The notes: generated from the letters alone by a model not told the origin. A DNA stretch of 35,882 nt from Halanaerobiaceae bacterium (GCA_003554685.1 PWHA01000123.1:1-35882); one strand, 5' to 3'. Positions 16,617-26,977 are shown, counted from the first letter of the stretch. Translations and numbers: made by a program.

Positions 16617-17258
16617 CTAGCCCATTAAAACCGGATAAATCTCTTCCTTAAATTTTTTTAGAGTGGTTGGTTCGCCGTGACCGGGATAAACCCGGGTTTC
16701 CGGCGATAGTTCCCGCAGTATAAGATCGACAGATTTCTTTAACCGCTGCTGGTCTCCCCCGGGAAGGTCGGTGCGTCCAATGCCACCGCTGAAGATTAGA
16801 TCGCCGGCAAAGAGCAGCTTTTCGGAGGGAGAATAAAGCGCCAGGCTGTCAGGTGAATGTCCGGGAATGTGGTAAGTCTCGAAAGTTTCCTCCCCCAGCT
16901 TCAGTACTGCTCCGGCTTCAAGGCTGCGATCAGGCTCAGGGCTGCTGTAATCTGCGCCCATAAAGACCGACAGGTTTTTCCGGGGATCGGTCAGATTGTC
17001 AGCCGCCGAGGGATGGGCCAGAAGTTCTGCCGGTGAGCCGGTCAGCAGATACTTATTTCCTCCAATATGGTCATAATGGCTGTGGGTATTTAAAACATAT
17101 TTTAAAACGGCCTCCTCGGCCTCAATTGTGCTCTTAATTTTGTCGACATCCTTTTTTGAGCCAGGGTCAATCACCAGAGCTTCTCCTAAGCTTACCACTA
17201 CGTAACAGTTGGTGGCATTTCTACCGGTTTTAATCGTGTTTATATTAATATAAATCAC
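16617..17258 (-). CDS. MBL-fold metallo-hydrolase (hydroxyacylglutathione hydrolase-like)
   Basis: Metal-binding motif THSHYDHIGG plus a downstream HIPGHSPDS and a C-terminal PGHG. The start (GTG at 17258) is uncertain by a few codons. Confidence 0.88.
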   Translation of the reverse strand: MIYININTIKTGRNATNCYVVVSLGEALVIDPGSKKDVDKIKSTIEAEEAVLKYVLNTHSHYDHIGGNKYLLTGSPAELLAHPSAADNLTDPRKNLSVFMGADYSSPEPDRSLEAGAVLKLGEETFETYHIPGHSPDSLALYSPSEKLLFAGDLIFSGGIGRTDLPGGDQQRLKKSVDLILRELSPETRVYPGHGEPTTLKKFKEEIYPVLMG

Positions 17259-17294
17259 CCCAGAAAAAATTATTTGCCCTGCTGTTCTCTGCTG

Positions 17295-17744
17295 TTAAAA
17301 ATTTTTCTGGCTGTCCAGCAGCAGGGTTACCGGGCCATCATTGATCAAATCAACATCCATCATGGCCTTGAATTCTCCACTGGCCAGCGGAAGGTTATAA
17401 TCTTTAAGCTTCTCCAGGAAATAGTCATAGAGCTCCTCTGCCCGCTGAGGAGAGGCGGCCTGGCTGTAACCGGGACGGCGCCCCTGACGGCAGTCTCCAT
17501 AGAGAGTAAACTGAGATATTATCAGCAGTTCTTTATCCAGATCCAGAGCCGAGAGATTCATTTTACCCTCCTCATCGGCAAAAATCCGGAGATTGACAAT
17601 TTTATCAGCCAAGTAATCAGCATCCTCCCGGCTGTCCTCCTCTCCCACCCCCAGAAAAACGCAGAGGCCGGAATCAATGGCACCCACTACTTCTTTATCT
17701 ACCAGAACCCTGGCTTCGCTAACTCGTTGAACAACTGCCCGCAT
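17295..17744 (-). CDS. dtd: D-aminoacyl-tRNA deacylase
   Basis: MRAVVQRV N-terminus, SQFTLYGD motif and NDGPVT near the C-terminus. ~149 aa. Confidence 0.95.
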   Translation of the reverse strand: MRAVVQRVSEARVLVDKEVVGAIDSGLCVFLGVGEEDSREDADYLADKIVNLRIFADEEGKMNLSALDLDKELLIISQFTLYGDCRQGRRPGYSQAASPQRAEELYDYFLEKLKDYNLPLASGEFKAMMDVDLINDGPVTLLLDSQKNF

Positions 17745-17923
17745 ACTGTATCTCCCCTGCTAATTATAATGAATTTATTGATAATAATATATGATATTAT
17801 AATGAATGATATCCATGTTGCTATATCAGGGCCAATTAAGGGTATTCATTATGGCTATATCAATTATGATTATTGATATCTATGATTGCTACATTAATGC
17901 TAATGATTGATATCAATTAAATT

Positions 17924-17996
17924 ATGGTTTTATTGATGTTAAGATGGTTTTATCGATGTTAAGTTTTATAGATGTTAAGCTTTATAAATGCTTATG
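17924..17996. repeat. about 4 degenerate 16-20-nt tandem repeats
   Basis: Units are atggttttattgatgttaag, atggttttatcgatgttaag, ttttatagatgttaag and ctttataaatgcttatg. Confidence 0.8.
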
Positions 17997-18195
17997 AGAA
18001 TATAACTATATAATATTATGCCAAACAAGAAAATAAATTTGAGATTCAATAATGAAAATTCCAGGTATATCCCGACCCTATCGACCTGGTAAGGTACAAT
18101 ATTAACTGAAATTTGACCTGCTGATTTCAGTTAAAAAATTCAGATGGCAATTACTGCACCGGATATTGCCGGAGTTAAGGCCGATGACCAGTATT

Positions 18196-20331
18196 TTAGC
18201 TGGGGCGGGAGCGGCTGACCGAAAGAACGCCTGATACATTTTCTATCTTTTTGATTAAGTCCCGCATGTGTTCCAGGCTGCTCAGTTCCACCGCAAGCTT
18301 GATATAGGCCTGATTGTATTTATCGGTGTTGGCCATCACCGAATGGAGTTCAATTTTTTCCTTGGAAATCAAACCGGTTATTTCATTGAGCAGGGCTGAT
18401 TTATTGACCGCCCGGATGGAAAGTTCAACCTGGTAGGAGCCGGTGCGGGTGCCGCTCCAGCTGACCTCGATAAATCTATCTTTGCTGAGGCCCTTGAGGT
18501 TGGGACAGTCCGAGCGGTGGACAGAAACTCCCCGGCCCCTGGTGATATAACCGACTATATCATCGCCGGGTACCGGATTGCAGCACTGGGCCAGGCGGAC
18601 AAGTATATCATCCATTCCCTTTACTCTGACACCGCGGTCGGTAGTCTTTTTCCGGGGTTTGCTGATCAGATCCTGAAGCTCAACCTGTTTTTTATACTCC
18701 TCTGGAATCTTGTTTATGACCTGGCGGGTAGTCAGCTGATCGTAGCCGATGGCGGCATACAGGGACTCAAGGTCCGAATAGTTCAATTCTTTAGCTGCCT
18801 TCTGCAGAACTTTTTGTTTTTCTTCCTTGGGTAAATCAATTTCATCCTTTTCCAGAGCCTGGAAGAGGGATTTTTTGCCGCTGGCAACAATCTTCTCCTT
18901 CTGCTGCTGCTTGAACCAACGCTTGATTTTGCTCCTGGCCCGAGAGGTCTTGACAAATTTCAGCCAGTCCCGGGTCGGTCCGGTGGAATTATTGGAAGTC
19001 AGGATTTCCACAATATCGCCATTTTCCAGGCTGTATTCCAGCGGAACTATCTTGCTGTTGACCTTGGCTCCCACGCAGTTGTGGCCGACCTCGGTATGGA
19101 TGTTATAGGCAAAATCAATAGGGGTTCCTCCCCGGGGCAGAGAAATAACATCACCCTTGGGGGTGAAGACAAAAACCTCGTCCTCGAAAAGATCAATTTT
19201 TAAAGTTTCTATGAATTCGTGGGGCTCCTGCAGGTCCTTCTGCCATTCCAAAAGCTGGCGGAGCCAGGAGAGCTTCTCCTCAAATTCACCGTCGCTCTTT
19301 TTGCCCTCCTTATATTTCCAGTGGGCGGCAATTCCGTATTCGGCGGTGCGGTGCATCTCCCGGGTCCGGATCTGCACCTCCAGGGGATCACCATCGGGAC
19401 CAATCACGGTGGTGTGAAGGGACTGGTACATGTTGGATTTGGGCATGGCAATATAATCCTTGAAGCGGCCCGGCATTGGTTTCCAGATCTCGTGGATGAT
19501 GCCCAGAACCTCATAGCACTCCCGTACCGAGTCGACCAGAACCCGGACGGCTGTCAGGTCATAAACTTCATTGAAGTCTACTTCCTTCCTTTCCATCTTC
19601 TGATAGATACTGTAAAGATGCTTGGGCCGGCCGGAGATATCAGCTTTGATATCCTCCTTCTCCAGATGATTATTAATTTCGCCTATAGCCTCCTGGATCT
19701 GGTCTTCCCTCTCCTTGCGGTTGGCTGCTATTTTGCGGGAAACCTCATAATACATTTCGGGCTTGAGATAGCGGAAACAGAGGTCCTCTAACTCCCATTT
19801 GAGGCGGGACATCCCCAGCCGGTGGGCCAGAGGGGCATAGATCTCCAGGGTTTCCTGGGCCTTTTCCAGCTGTTTCTCCCGGCTCATATAACCAAGAGTT
19901 CTCATATTGTGCAACCGGTCGGCCAGTTTAATCAAAACTACCCTGATATCATCGGCCATGGCCAGGAACATCTTACGCAGACTTTCAGCCTGCTGTTCCT
20001 CCTTGGTCTTGAACTGAATCTGGGTCAGCTTGGTGACCCCATCAACCAACAGAGCAATTTCCTCACCAAACTCCTCCACAATTTCTTCTCTGGTTATTTT
20101 GGAATCCTCCAGGACATCATGGAGCAGAGCGCCGGTGATGGTGGTTAAATCCAGCTCTAGTTCGGCCAGAATATAGGCCACACCCAGGGGGTGCTCGACA
20201 TAGGGCTCCCCGGAAATACGATATTGACCCTGATGAGCCTGCTTAGAAACTTCATAAGCTTTCTTGATTTCGCTCAGATCAGGGTCAGTTATATAGGTTT
20301 TAATTTTTTTGAAAATCTTGTTGAGATCCAT
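18196..20331 (-). CDS. relA: bifunctional (p)ppGpp synthetase/hydrolase (RelA/SpoT homolog, Rel)
   Basis: HD hydrolase domain (HPLGVAYIL...LLHDVLED), synthetase domain (RPKHLYSIYQKM, YQSLHTTV, EVQIRT), and TGS and ACT C-terminal domains. ATG start preceded by GAGGAG. Confidence 0.97.
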   Translation of the reverse strand: MDLNKIFKKIKTYITDPDLSEIKKAYEVSKQAHQGQYRISGEPYVEHPLGVAYILAELELDLTTITGALLHDVLEDSKITREEIVEEFGEEIALLVDGVTKLTQIQFKTKEEQQAESLRKMFLAMADDIRVVLIKLADRLHNMRTLGYMSREKQLEKAQETLEIYAPLAHRLGMSRLKWELEDLCFRYLKPEMYYEVSRKIAANRKEREDQIQEAIGEINNHLEKEDIKADISGRPKHLYSIYQKMERKEVDFNEVYDLTAVRVLVDSVRECYEVLGIIHEIWKPMPGRFKDYIAMPKSNMYQSLHTTVIGPDGDPLEVQIRTREMHRTAEYGIAAHWKYKEGKKSDGEFEEKLSWLRQLLEWQKDLQEPHEFIETLKIDLFEDEVFVFTPKGDVISLPRGGTPIDFAYNIHTEVGHNCVGAKVNSKIVPLEYSLENGDIVEILTSNNSTGPTRDWLKFVKTSRARSKIKRWFKQQQKEKIVASGKKSLFQALEKDEIDLPKEEKQKVLQKAAKELNYSDLESLYAAIGYDQLTTRQVINKIPEEYKKQVELQDLISKPRKKTTDRGVRVKGMDDILVRLAQCCNPVPGDDIVGYITRGRGVSVHRSDCPNLKGLSKDRFIEVSWSGTRTGSYQVELSIRAVNKSALLNEITGLISKEKIELHSVMANTDKYNQAYIKLAVELSSLEHMRDLIKKIENVSGVLSVSRSRPS

Positions 20332-20577
20332 AAAATACTCCTCACGTTAGGGGACTGGAAATAATTTTCCCGGCGGCATATTATTTAAAATACCGGGGCA
20401 TCCGGGTGGCTAATAAAGTTCATTTGTGTTCATTTGAGTTCTTTTATGAGTTTCTATAAAACGGGTTAAATCGGGTTTCTATTGATATTTACTTCCCTGA
20501 GATTTGATTTATCTCGAGGATGGTAAAAACAAAGCCTGATAATTAATCTGGAGTGAAACTACTCATTCAGAGTTAAA

Positions 20578-21090
20578 CTATTCTTCCAGAAGGGAATAAA
20601 CATCATATCCTTCAAGATCGCCCCGGCCGTTGAGGTCAACCAGTTCGATTAGAAAACCTATTCCTGTTACTTCTCCCTCCAGACTTTCAATTAATTCCAC
20701 GGCAGCACGGGCAGTTCCGCCGGTGGCCAGCAGGTCATCTACCAGCAGCACTTTATCTCCAGGTTTGAAGGCATCCCTGTGCATTTCCAGGGTATTTGTT
20801 CCGTATTCCAGTTCATAGCTGGCAGAGATCTTTTCGGCCGGCAGTTTACCTGGTTTGCGGATGGGAATAAAACCCTTATCAAACTTATAGGCCAGGGTAG
20901 GTCCCAGCAGGAAACCCCGGGCCTCAATACCAGCAATATAATCAAATTCCAGTTCCTGATAGTGCTCGGCCATCCTGTCTATGGCCTGACGGAAGGCCGT
21001 GGTGTCCTGGAGAAGCGGAGTTATATCCTTAAAAAGTATGCCTTCCTTGGGAAAATCGGGTATTTCTCTAATATAATCTGATAAATTCAT
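20578..21090 (-). CDS. apt: adenine phosphoribosyltransferase
   Basis: PRPP-binding motif VLLVDDLLATGGT and an N-terminal IPDFPKEGILFKDITP. The start is set at the ATG at 21090, preceded by AGGAGGA. Confidence 0.96.
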   Translation of the reverse strand: MNLSDYIREIPDFPKEGILFKDITPLLQDTTAFRQAIDRMAEHYQELEFDYIAGIEARGFLLGPTLAYKFDKGFIPIRKPGKLPAEKISASYELEYGTNTLEMHRDAFKPGDKVLLVDDLLATGGTARAAVELIESLEGEVTGIGFLIELVDLNGRGDLEGYDVYSLLEE

Positions 21091-21165
21091 CACTATCCTC
21101 CTCTTGATATTCTCTTGAAATCCTGTTTCAACCCTTGAAATTATTATATTAAATACCTGATAAAA

Positions 21166-23844
21166 TTATAATTTAAGTCCCTGCTGAAGCAGAGCAAAGA
21201 GCTCTCTGAGATCGCTTGAAAAAACCAATTCTTTAAGCCGGGCAAAATCCTCTTTAATTTCAACATTTCTATTATATCTTATTGAATGGGAGAAGTCCAG
21301 TTTGACCGGGAAACTGCCTGTTATCCGGTAGTCCTTTTCTTCTTTTTCTTCCCTGGTAACCAGCTCCAGCTCTTGCCAGATTTCCAGCAGCTGATCGACT
21401 GCTGCTGGCTTTAAGCCGGGACAATCTTTCAGCAGTCCGGGAAGTTCCTTCCTGGTGAATCTTTCCTGCCGGCTGATTAACTTCCAGGCCTGCTCTAGTG
21501 CCTCTTTGCTTATAAGCCGATGCTGCAGTATCCTCTGATTGGCGCTTAAATCTTCCTTGCCAAAAAGGAAATATAATTCCAGCTTCTCTATACTGCCCCT
21601 GTCTGAGTTGTCCTCTGTCTGGCTGGATTCAAAGCCAATAACCTGAATCATTTCTGCCAGGGAAAAGGGAAGTTCAAAAAAAACTACCTGACGGCGGTTG
21701 CTTGCGGCGGCCTTATCTGCCGAGGTGCAGCAGAGGGTCCGGGGAAATTTTTCCTCGAGTTCGGCCTTTAACTTTCTGTTATTGAGATAGATTAGGCAGG
21801 AGTTTAGATCTCCTGGAATTGAAGCAATCACCCTGCAGGGGTCACCGCAGTTCCGGAAGTCATGAAGTTTTAGATTGCCGCCGGAATATATTATGGGATA
21901 ATCCTGCTGCCGGCTGACCGGAACCAGGTTCTTAAGATTAAGCTGGACCGTGTGTCTGCCCTGCCAGTTATTATCCTCGACCCGGGCAATGAGGTTATAG
22001 CTGCTGTCGGTGCCGGGAAAATCAAAATCCTGTGCCAGATTAAAGCCAATACCCTTAAGTCCTCCGGAGGTTGTCAGCTGAAGATGGCTGTTATCGCGGC
22101 CCACCGCCCTGGCCTGCTGCAGGCTGACCTGAGGCAGGAGAAAGGTGGGAGCAGGATTGCCAATGCCATGGGGTTTTAGAGTTTTCAGCTCCTGATAAAA
22201 ATCCAGCGAAATCTGCTTCTCACTCAAAATGTCATCTATCTGCCTGGCCGGAATGAAATCGCGGGAGCTCAAATTCTCCTTAAGATAATTATTAAAGGCC
22301 CGGCGAAAGTCAGCAACCTTCCCGGCTTCTATCTCCAGGCCGGCAGCCTGTCTGTGGCCGCCAAAACCCAGGAGATGGGAACTGCAGGCCTTGAGGGCCC
22401 GATGAAGGTTAAGGGCAGAGATGCTGCGGCCCGAACCCCGCCCCCGGTCTGTTTCAGCAGGATTAGAGCTGTTTTTTTCGGTTTCTGACCGGTTATTATC
22501 ACCGGCTTGAACCGGACCCCGGGTTTTCTCAGCCTGTTTCTTACCCTCCAGGGCTATCAGAATCACCGGACGGTAATACTTCTCAACCAGCCGGGAGGCC
22601 ACAATGCCGATTACTCCGGGGTGCCAGCTGCGGGAGGCCAGAACAATTCCCTCCTCTTCACATGGTGGGCTGGCTTCGATCATTTCGAGGGCTTCTTCCA
22701 GGGTCTGGTCCTCTTCCTGGCGGCGTTGATAGTTATACTCCACCAGGTTTTGAGCCAGCCCCTCTACCTGCCGGCGGTCCCCGGCCAGCAGAAGCTGCAG
22801 GGCCTGATCAGCTGATTTAATCCGGCCGGCGGCGTTGATCGGAGGGGCCAGGATATAGCCTATCTGGCCGGCTGAGATTTCCCGGGAAAGATCAAGGGAA
22901 AGGCTCCCGGCCAGAGCCTGAAGCCCGGGGTTATCAGTGTTTTTTAGGACCTTAAGGCCCTCCCTCACCAGAATCCGGTTCTCACCCTGCAGGGGAACCA
23001 GGTCCGCCACCGTACCCAGAGCCACCAGATCAAGCCTGGATTTGAGATAGGGAGTCAGGGGGCCAGAATCGCTGTCAGGACTCGCTATCCTGGTTTCCAG
23101 GTTCTCAAAGTTGCTCCCAGAGCTGTGAGATTCGGTTTTAAAGCCACCAGGAGCCGGATCAGAATTATTACCCGGGTTTTTCTCAGAAATAGTCTTTTTA
23201 TCAGGCGGGTTATCCTGGCTATTTTGCCGGCTTAAGCGCTGCTGCTCCAAGGCCTGGCAGAGCTTAAAGGCTGTCCCCACGCCGGACAGGCCGCCTTTAA
23301 TTTCAAGATCTCCCTCCAGCAGGTGGTGGTTGATGAGAGAAAGAGCGGGAGGCTGTTCATCTGCAGGTTCATGGTGGTCGGTCACAATGACATCAATACC
23401 CCGTTCCTGTAAAAATTTAATTTCTTCCAGGGCGGTGATACCGCAGTCAACTGTGATTACCAGTTCAAAATTTTCCAGGCCAAGGCTTTTAAAAGCTGCA
23501 AGATTAAGACCGTAGCCATCCCGGATCCGATCCGGAATATAATAGAGGCATTCCACAGCCCAGATTTCAGTTAGATAATCAAGGAGCAGGGCGGTGGAAG
23601 TTATGCCGTCCACATCATAATCGCCGTAGATTAAAACTCTCTCCTGCTCTTCCCGGGCCTGGCTGATCCTGGTCAGAGCCGAAGGAATACCGGGAAATTT
23701 CAAGGGATCACTGAGATTTTCAGGCACCGGCCGGAGAAAACTCTCAATTTCCTCCGGTGTCAAACCCCGCTGCTTGAGAATCCGGACAGCGGGGGAATCT
23801 AAACTCTGAATTGTGGGATTTTTTATCTGCCATCTTTCCTGCAT
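21166..23844 (-). CDS. recJ: single-stranded-DNA-specific exonuclease RecJ, with two low-complexity insertions and a long C-terminal region
   Basis: DHH motifs (IYGDYDVDGITS, VDCG, VTDHHEP) and DHHA1 (GGHRQAAG). The start is set at the ATG at 23844 (MQERWQIK); the ORF-track start is an ATT codon. Confidence 0.93.
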   Translation of the reverse strand: MQERWQIKNPTIQSLDSPAVRILKQRGLTPEEIESFLRPVPENLSDPLKFPGIPSALTRISQAREEQERVLIYGDYDVDGITSTALLLDYLTEIWAVECLYYIPDRIRDGYGLNLAAFKSLGLENFELVITVDCGITALEEIKFLQERGIDVIVTDHHEPADEQPPALSLINHHLLEGDLEIKGGLSGVGTAFKLCQALEQQRLSRQNSQDNPPDKKTISEKNPGNNSDPAPGGFKTESHSSGSNFENLETRIASPDSDSGPLTPYLKSRLDLVALGTVADLVPLQGENRILVREGLKVLKNTDNPGLQALAGSLSLDLSREISAGQIGYILAPPINAAGRIKSADQALQLLLAGDRRQVEGLAQNLVEYNYQRRQEEDQTLEEALEMIEASPPCEEEGIVLASRSWHPGVIGIVASRLVEKYYRPVILIALEGKKQAEKTRGPVQAGDNNRSETEKNSSNPAETDRGRGSGRSISALNLHRALKACSSHLLGFGGHRQAAGLEIEAGKVADFRRAFNNYLKENLSSRDFIPARQIDDILSEKQISLDFYQELKTLKPHGIGNPAPTFLLPQVSLQQARAVGRDNSHLQLTTSGGLKGIGFNLAQDFDFPGTDSSYNLIARVEDNNWQGRHTVQLNLKNLVPVSRQQDYPIIYSGGNLKLHDFRNCGDPCRVIASIPGDLNSCLIYLNNRKLKAELEEKFPRTLCCTSADKAAASNRRQVVFFELPFSLAEMIQVIGFESSQTEDNSDRGSIEKLELYFLFGKEDLSANQRILQHRLISKEALEQAWKLISRQERFTRKELPGLLKDCPGLKPAAVDQLLEIWQELELVTREEKEEKDYRITGSFPVKLDFSHSIRYNRNVEIKEDFARLKELVFSSDLRELFALLQQGLKL

Positions 23845-23934
23845 AGCAACCAACTTCCCTTTATCAGTCAATTTAAATTAATAAAATTTTGGATAATAGT
23901 AGGGATAGAAAGAATCTTGCCAGGCCTCAGGCCG

Positions 23935-24020
23935 GATGTTTCATGAATTAACTAAAAATATTGCAGAGGTACAGGTCGATTGTTTCAGGAATTAGCAAAA
24001 AATATCGCAGAAGCATCAGG
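23935..24020. repeat. 2 x 43-nt degenerate tandem repeat
   Basis: gatgtttcatgaattaactaaaaatattgcagaggtacaggtc, then gattgtttcaggaattagcaaaaaatatcgcagaagcatcagg. Confidence 0.8.
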
Positions 24021-24025
24021 AAATA

Positions 24026-25699
24026 TTAAAACCGGCCGGAGCGGAGGATGGAGATTACCAGCCAGATGCCAAGAACTCCGGCCATAAAAAATCCCAGAAA
24101 ACCAAAGAGAGGGATTCCCCGGAAGAGGGGCTGCACGCCGGTTTGAATGATCATGGAAGAGCCCACGATCAGGGAGGAAATTATTAGACTGATTGACAGG
24201 CGGTTAGAAGCAAAGTCGATTTCATTGATCAGGTTCTCAAGATTCTGGTGTTTGAAACCCAGGGTTAATTCATTCTGGGCCAACTTCTCCAAGATCTGGG
24301 CAAAGTTTTCAGGATAATCCTTGATGCTGTTGCGAAACTGCCAGAGGTTCAGTCCCAGACGCTTTAAAAGATTATCGGGGCGGAGACGGTCCCGGAGCAG
24401 GTCTCCCAGAAAATCATTGCCTATTTCCACAATGTTAAATTCGGGGTCCAGACTGGAACCGACACCCTCACTTAAACCCAGGGCCCGAAAAAGCAGGAAA
24501 AATTCCTGGGGCAGCCTGATGTGATGCTTGAAAACAATCCGCTGCAGATCCTGAAATAAAACTCTGAAATTGATATCCTCCAGACGCCGGTTATAATAGC
24601 TGTGGATAAACTCTTCAATGTCAATCAGGAGTTTGCGCTCATTAAAGTCCCGGGGCAAGTCACCAATTTCTACTATTATATCCTTGATGACCTCTACATT
24701 GCGACGCAAAAGAGCGGCAAAGAGCAGGGCAAAATAATCCCGGTCAACCTTGCTGATCTGTCCCATCATGCCGAAATCAACATAGGCCAGCCGGGAGCCT
24801 TCAATAATAAAAATATTCCCGGGATGGGGGTCGGCATGGAAAAATCCATCAATCATAACCTGTTTGAGAAAGACCTCGGCCCCCAGGCGGGAAAGCTTTT
24901 TATTTTCAATCTCAGTGAAATCTTCAATTTTGCTGAGCCTCTGACCCTGAATCTCCTCCATCACCAGCACCCGGTCGCTGCTGTAATCTTCGTAAACCTG
25001 AGGAACAACAATATCTTCATACCTGGCGTGATTGGCATTAAAGCGCCGGATATTGGTAAGCTCCTGGCTGAAGTTAAGTTCTTTGAAGAGGGTTTCCCGG
25101 AATTCCTCAACCAGACCAATCGGGTCAATAAAATCAGGCAAGATTCCCCGGTTTAAAGCTATCTCCGCCAGGTCGGAGATAATTTCCAGGTCAACCCGGA
25201 CCCTTTTCCTGATTCCCGGACGCTGGATTTTGACTATTACCGGCTCTCCGGTTTTCAGCCGGGCCTTATGAGCCTGGGCAATCGAGGCTGCGGCCGTCGG
25301 TTCTTCGGAAAACTCCTGAAAAATTTCCTCCAGACAGTCCTCGCCCAGCTCGTCCTCTAACACCGTGGTTATTTGAGAAAAATCGACTGCAGGAACCTCA
25401 TCCTGCAGTCGACGGAATTCTTTAATATATTCAGGGGGCAGGATGTCGGGCCTGGTGCTTAAAAGCTGACCCAGTTTGACATAGGTCGGCCCCAGATCCT
25501 CCATCACCCGGCGCAATCTTGGCGGCAGGCTGGCAGGCTCTTCCAGCTTTTCATCCCGGGAAAATCTGTCCTCCAGGGGAACAAATCTTCTCAAGTCAAA
25601 ACGGTCCAGTAGAAAGCCCAGCCCGTTTCTCAGGAAGACCTGGCTGATTTCACGGTATCTTTGAAAATGTTTGTATTTTTTCCTGAGATTAAATAGCAT
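24026..25699 (-). CDS. ubiB: ABC1/UbiB-family atypical kinase
   Basis: ABC1 signature AAASIAQAHKARL, kinase-like HADPHPGNI and VDFG, and two C-terminal TM helices. Confidence 0.92.
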   Translation of the reverse strand: MLFNLRKKYKHFQRYREISQVFLRNGLGFLLDRFDLRRFVPLEDRFSRDEKLEEPASLPPRLRRVMEDLGPTYVKLGQLLSTRPDILPPEYIKEFRRLQDEVPAVDFSQITTVLEDELGEDCLEEIFQEFSEEPTAAASIAQAHKARLKTGEPVIVKIQRPGIRKRVRVDLEIISDLAEIALNRGILPDFIDPIGLVEEFRETLFKELNFSQELTNIRRFNANHARYEDIVVPQVYEDYSSDRVLVMEEIQGQRLSKIEDFTEIENKKLSRLGAEVFLKQVMIDGFFHADPHPGNIFIIEGSRLAYVDFGMMGQISKVDRDYFALLFAALLRRNVEVIKDIIVEIGDLPRDFNERKLLIDIEEFIHSYYNRRLEDINFRVLFQDLQRIVFKHHIRLPQEFFLLFRALGLSEGVGSSLDPEFNIVEIGNDFLGDLLRDRLRPDNLLKRLGLNLWQFRNSIKDYPENFAQILEKLAQNELTLGFKHQNLENLINEIDFASNRLSISLIISSLIVGSSMIIQTGVQPLFRGIPLFGFLGFFMAGVLGIWLVISILRSGRF

Positions 25700-25717
25700 G
25701 ACAGACCAGGTCTCCCG

Positions 25718-26035
25718 TTAGTCTTCCGGGTTTTCGCTGCAAATTTCCTTGAGTCTGTCGACTTCCTTCTCCAGCACTTCCACTCTGCTGGAGAGATCTT
25801 CCAGATCCTCCAGGGAGGAAAAACCCAGATCCCTAAGCTTCTTTTCTATTAATTTTTCAAGTTCATCCTTCTTCTCATCGCTCTTCTGCCGCCATTTTTT
25901 GATGAGCTCCTCGCCCTGTTTGCGGGTGAGATCTCCTTCTTTGATCATGGTGCTGATTACTTCTTCCATCTTCTCCACGGTCAGATCCAGAGAGCCCAGA
26001 CCGCGATATAAAATATCTTCCAGGTTTATCTTCAT
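25718..26035 (-). CDS. small coiled-coil phasin-like protein (commonly paired with ubiB in Clostridia)
   Basis: 105 aa, highly charged and helical, 18 nt upstream of ubiB. The family assignment is by resemblance and context only. Confidence 0.7.
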   Translation of the reverse strand: MKINLEDILYRGLGSLDLTVEKMEEVISTMIKEGDLTRKQGEELIKKWRQKSDEKKDELEKLIEKKLRDLGFSSLEDLEDLSSRVEVLEKEVDRLKEICSENPED

Positions 26036-26074
26036 TGGCTTTCAACCCCCTTTAAAATTGGCTCGGAACTTAAA

Positions 26075-26977
26075 CTAACTCCGAGATTTTGCTCTGGCTT
26101 TCGCTCTTATATCCCAGTCAACCAGAATCGGACTGGCTACAAAAATTGAAGAATAGGTTCCCACTGCCAGGCCGATAAAGAGAGCCAGCATAAAGGTTCT
26201 GATGGCAGCGCCTCCAAAAAAGTAGATGGCCAGAATGGCTACCAGAGTGGTCATTGAGGTATTGATGGAACGGGGCAGGGTATCGACCACCGCCCGGTTG
26301 GCCTGTTCAATAAAGGGCATTTTCCGGTAGAGTTTCATGTTTTCCCGGATCCTGTCAAAGATAACAATGGTGTCATTGATAGAATAACCGACAATGGTAA
26401 GAAGTGCGGCTACAAAGGCGGTATTGATTTCTCTGCCCAGCAGGGCAAAGATGCCCACGGTAAAGAGCACATCATGGGTCAGGGTAGCCAGGGTGGTTAC
26501 CGCAAATCTAAGCTCAAAGCGAAAGCTGATATAGGCTGCCATGGCCAGGCCGGCTACCAGCAGGGCCAGCAGGGCCTGCCTTCTCAGTTCCTGACCGATG
26601 GTCGGACCTACCATGTCGGTTCTTAAAACTTCAGCCCCGGCAAATTCAGCCACCACGGCATTTTCCACCTGTTCTATCTCATCAGGGGATAGTTCACTGG
26701 TTCTGATGATGACACCCTGATATTGATCTTCGATGGTGGTCTGCAGGGTGGCATCCTCGGCAATTCCGATCTCGGTCAGCACCGCCCGCACATCTTCAGT
26801 GGAAATCAGTTCATCAAAGCTAAACTCTATAATGGTCCCTCCGGCAAAATCAATCCCCAGATTGAGACCAAAGATAAGCAGAGAAAGCAGGGATAATATT
26901 ACAATTGCTCCCCCCAAGATAAACCAGATTTTTCTTTTACCCATTAAATCAAGTCTGGCACTGTCAAAATTAAGCAT
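26075..26977 (-). CDS. secF: protein translocase subunit SecF
   Basis: Typical SecF N-terminus (FDFMGKRK-like LDLMGKRKIWF), GIDFAGGT, and six TM segments. The start is set at the ATG at 26977, which overlaps the secD stop (ATGCTTAA) and follows AGGGGGG. Confidence 0.94.
   Translation of the reverse strand: MLNFDSARLDLMGKRKIWFILGGAIVILSLLSLLIFGLNLGIDFAGGTIIEFSFDELISTEDVRAVLTEIGIAEDATLQTTIEDQYQGVIIRTSELSPDEIEQVENAVVAEFAGAEVLRTDMVGPTIGQELRRQALLALLVAGLAMAAYISFRFELRFAVTTLATLTHDVLFTVGIFALLGREINTAFVAALLTIVGYSINDTIVIFDRIRENMKLYRKMPFIEQANRAVVDTLPRSINTSMTTLVAILAIYFFGGAAIRTFMLALFIGLAVGTYSSIFVASPILVDWDIRAKARAKSRS

Noticed and set aside
17997-18026. A dif-like sequence (agaatataactatataatattatgccaaac).
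   Set aside because: Only the TTATG core of the XerD arm matches and the left arm does not match the Firmicutes dif consensus. The location, next to core genes upstream of an rRNA operon, is unlike a terminus.
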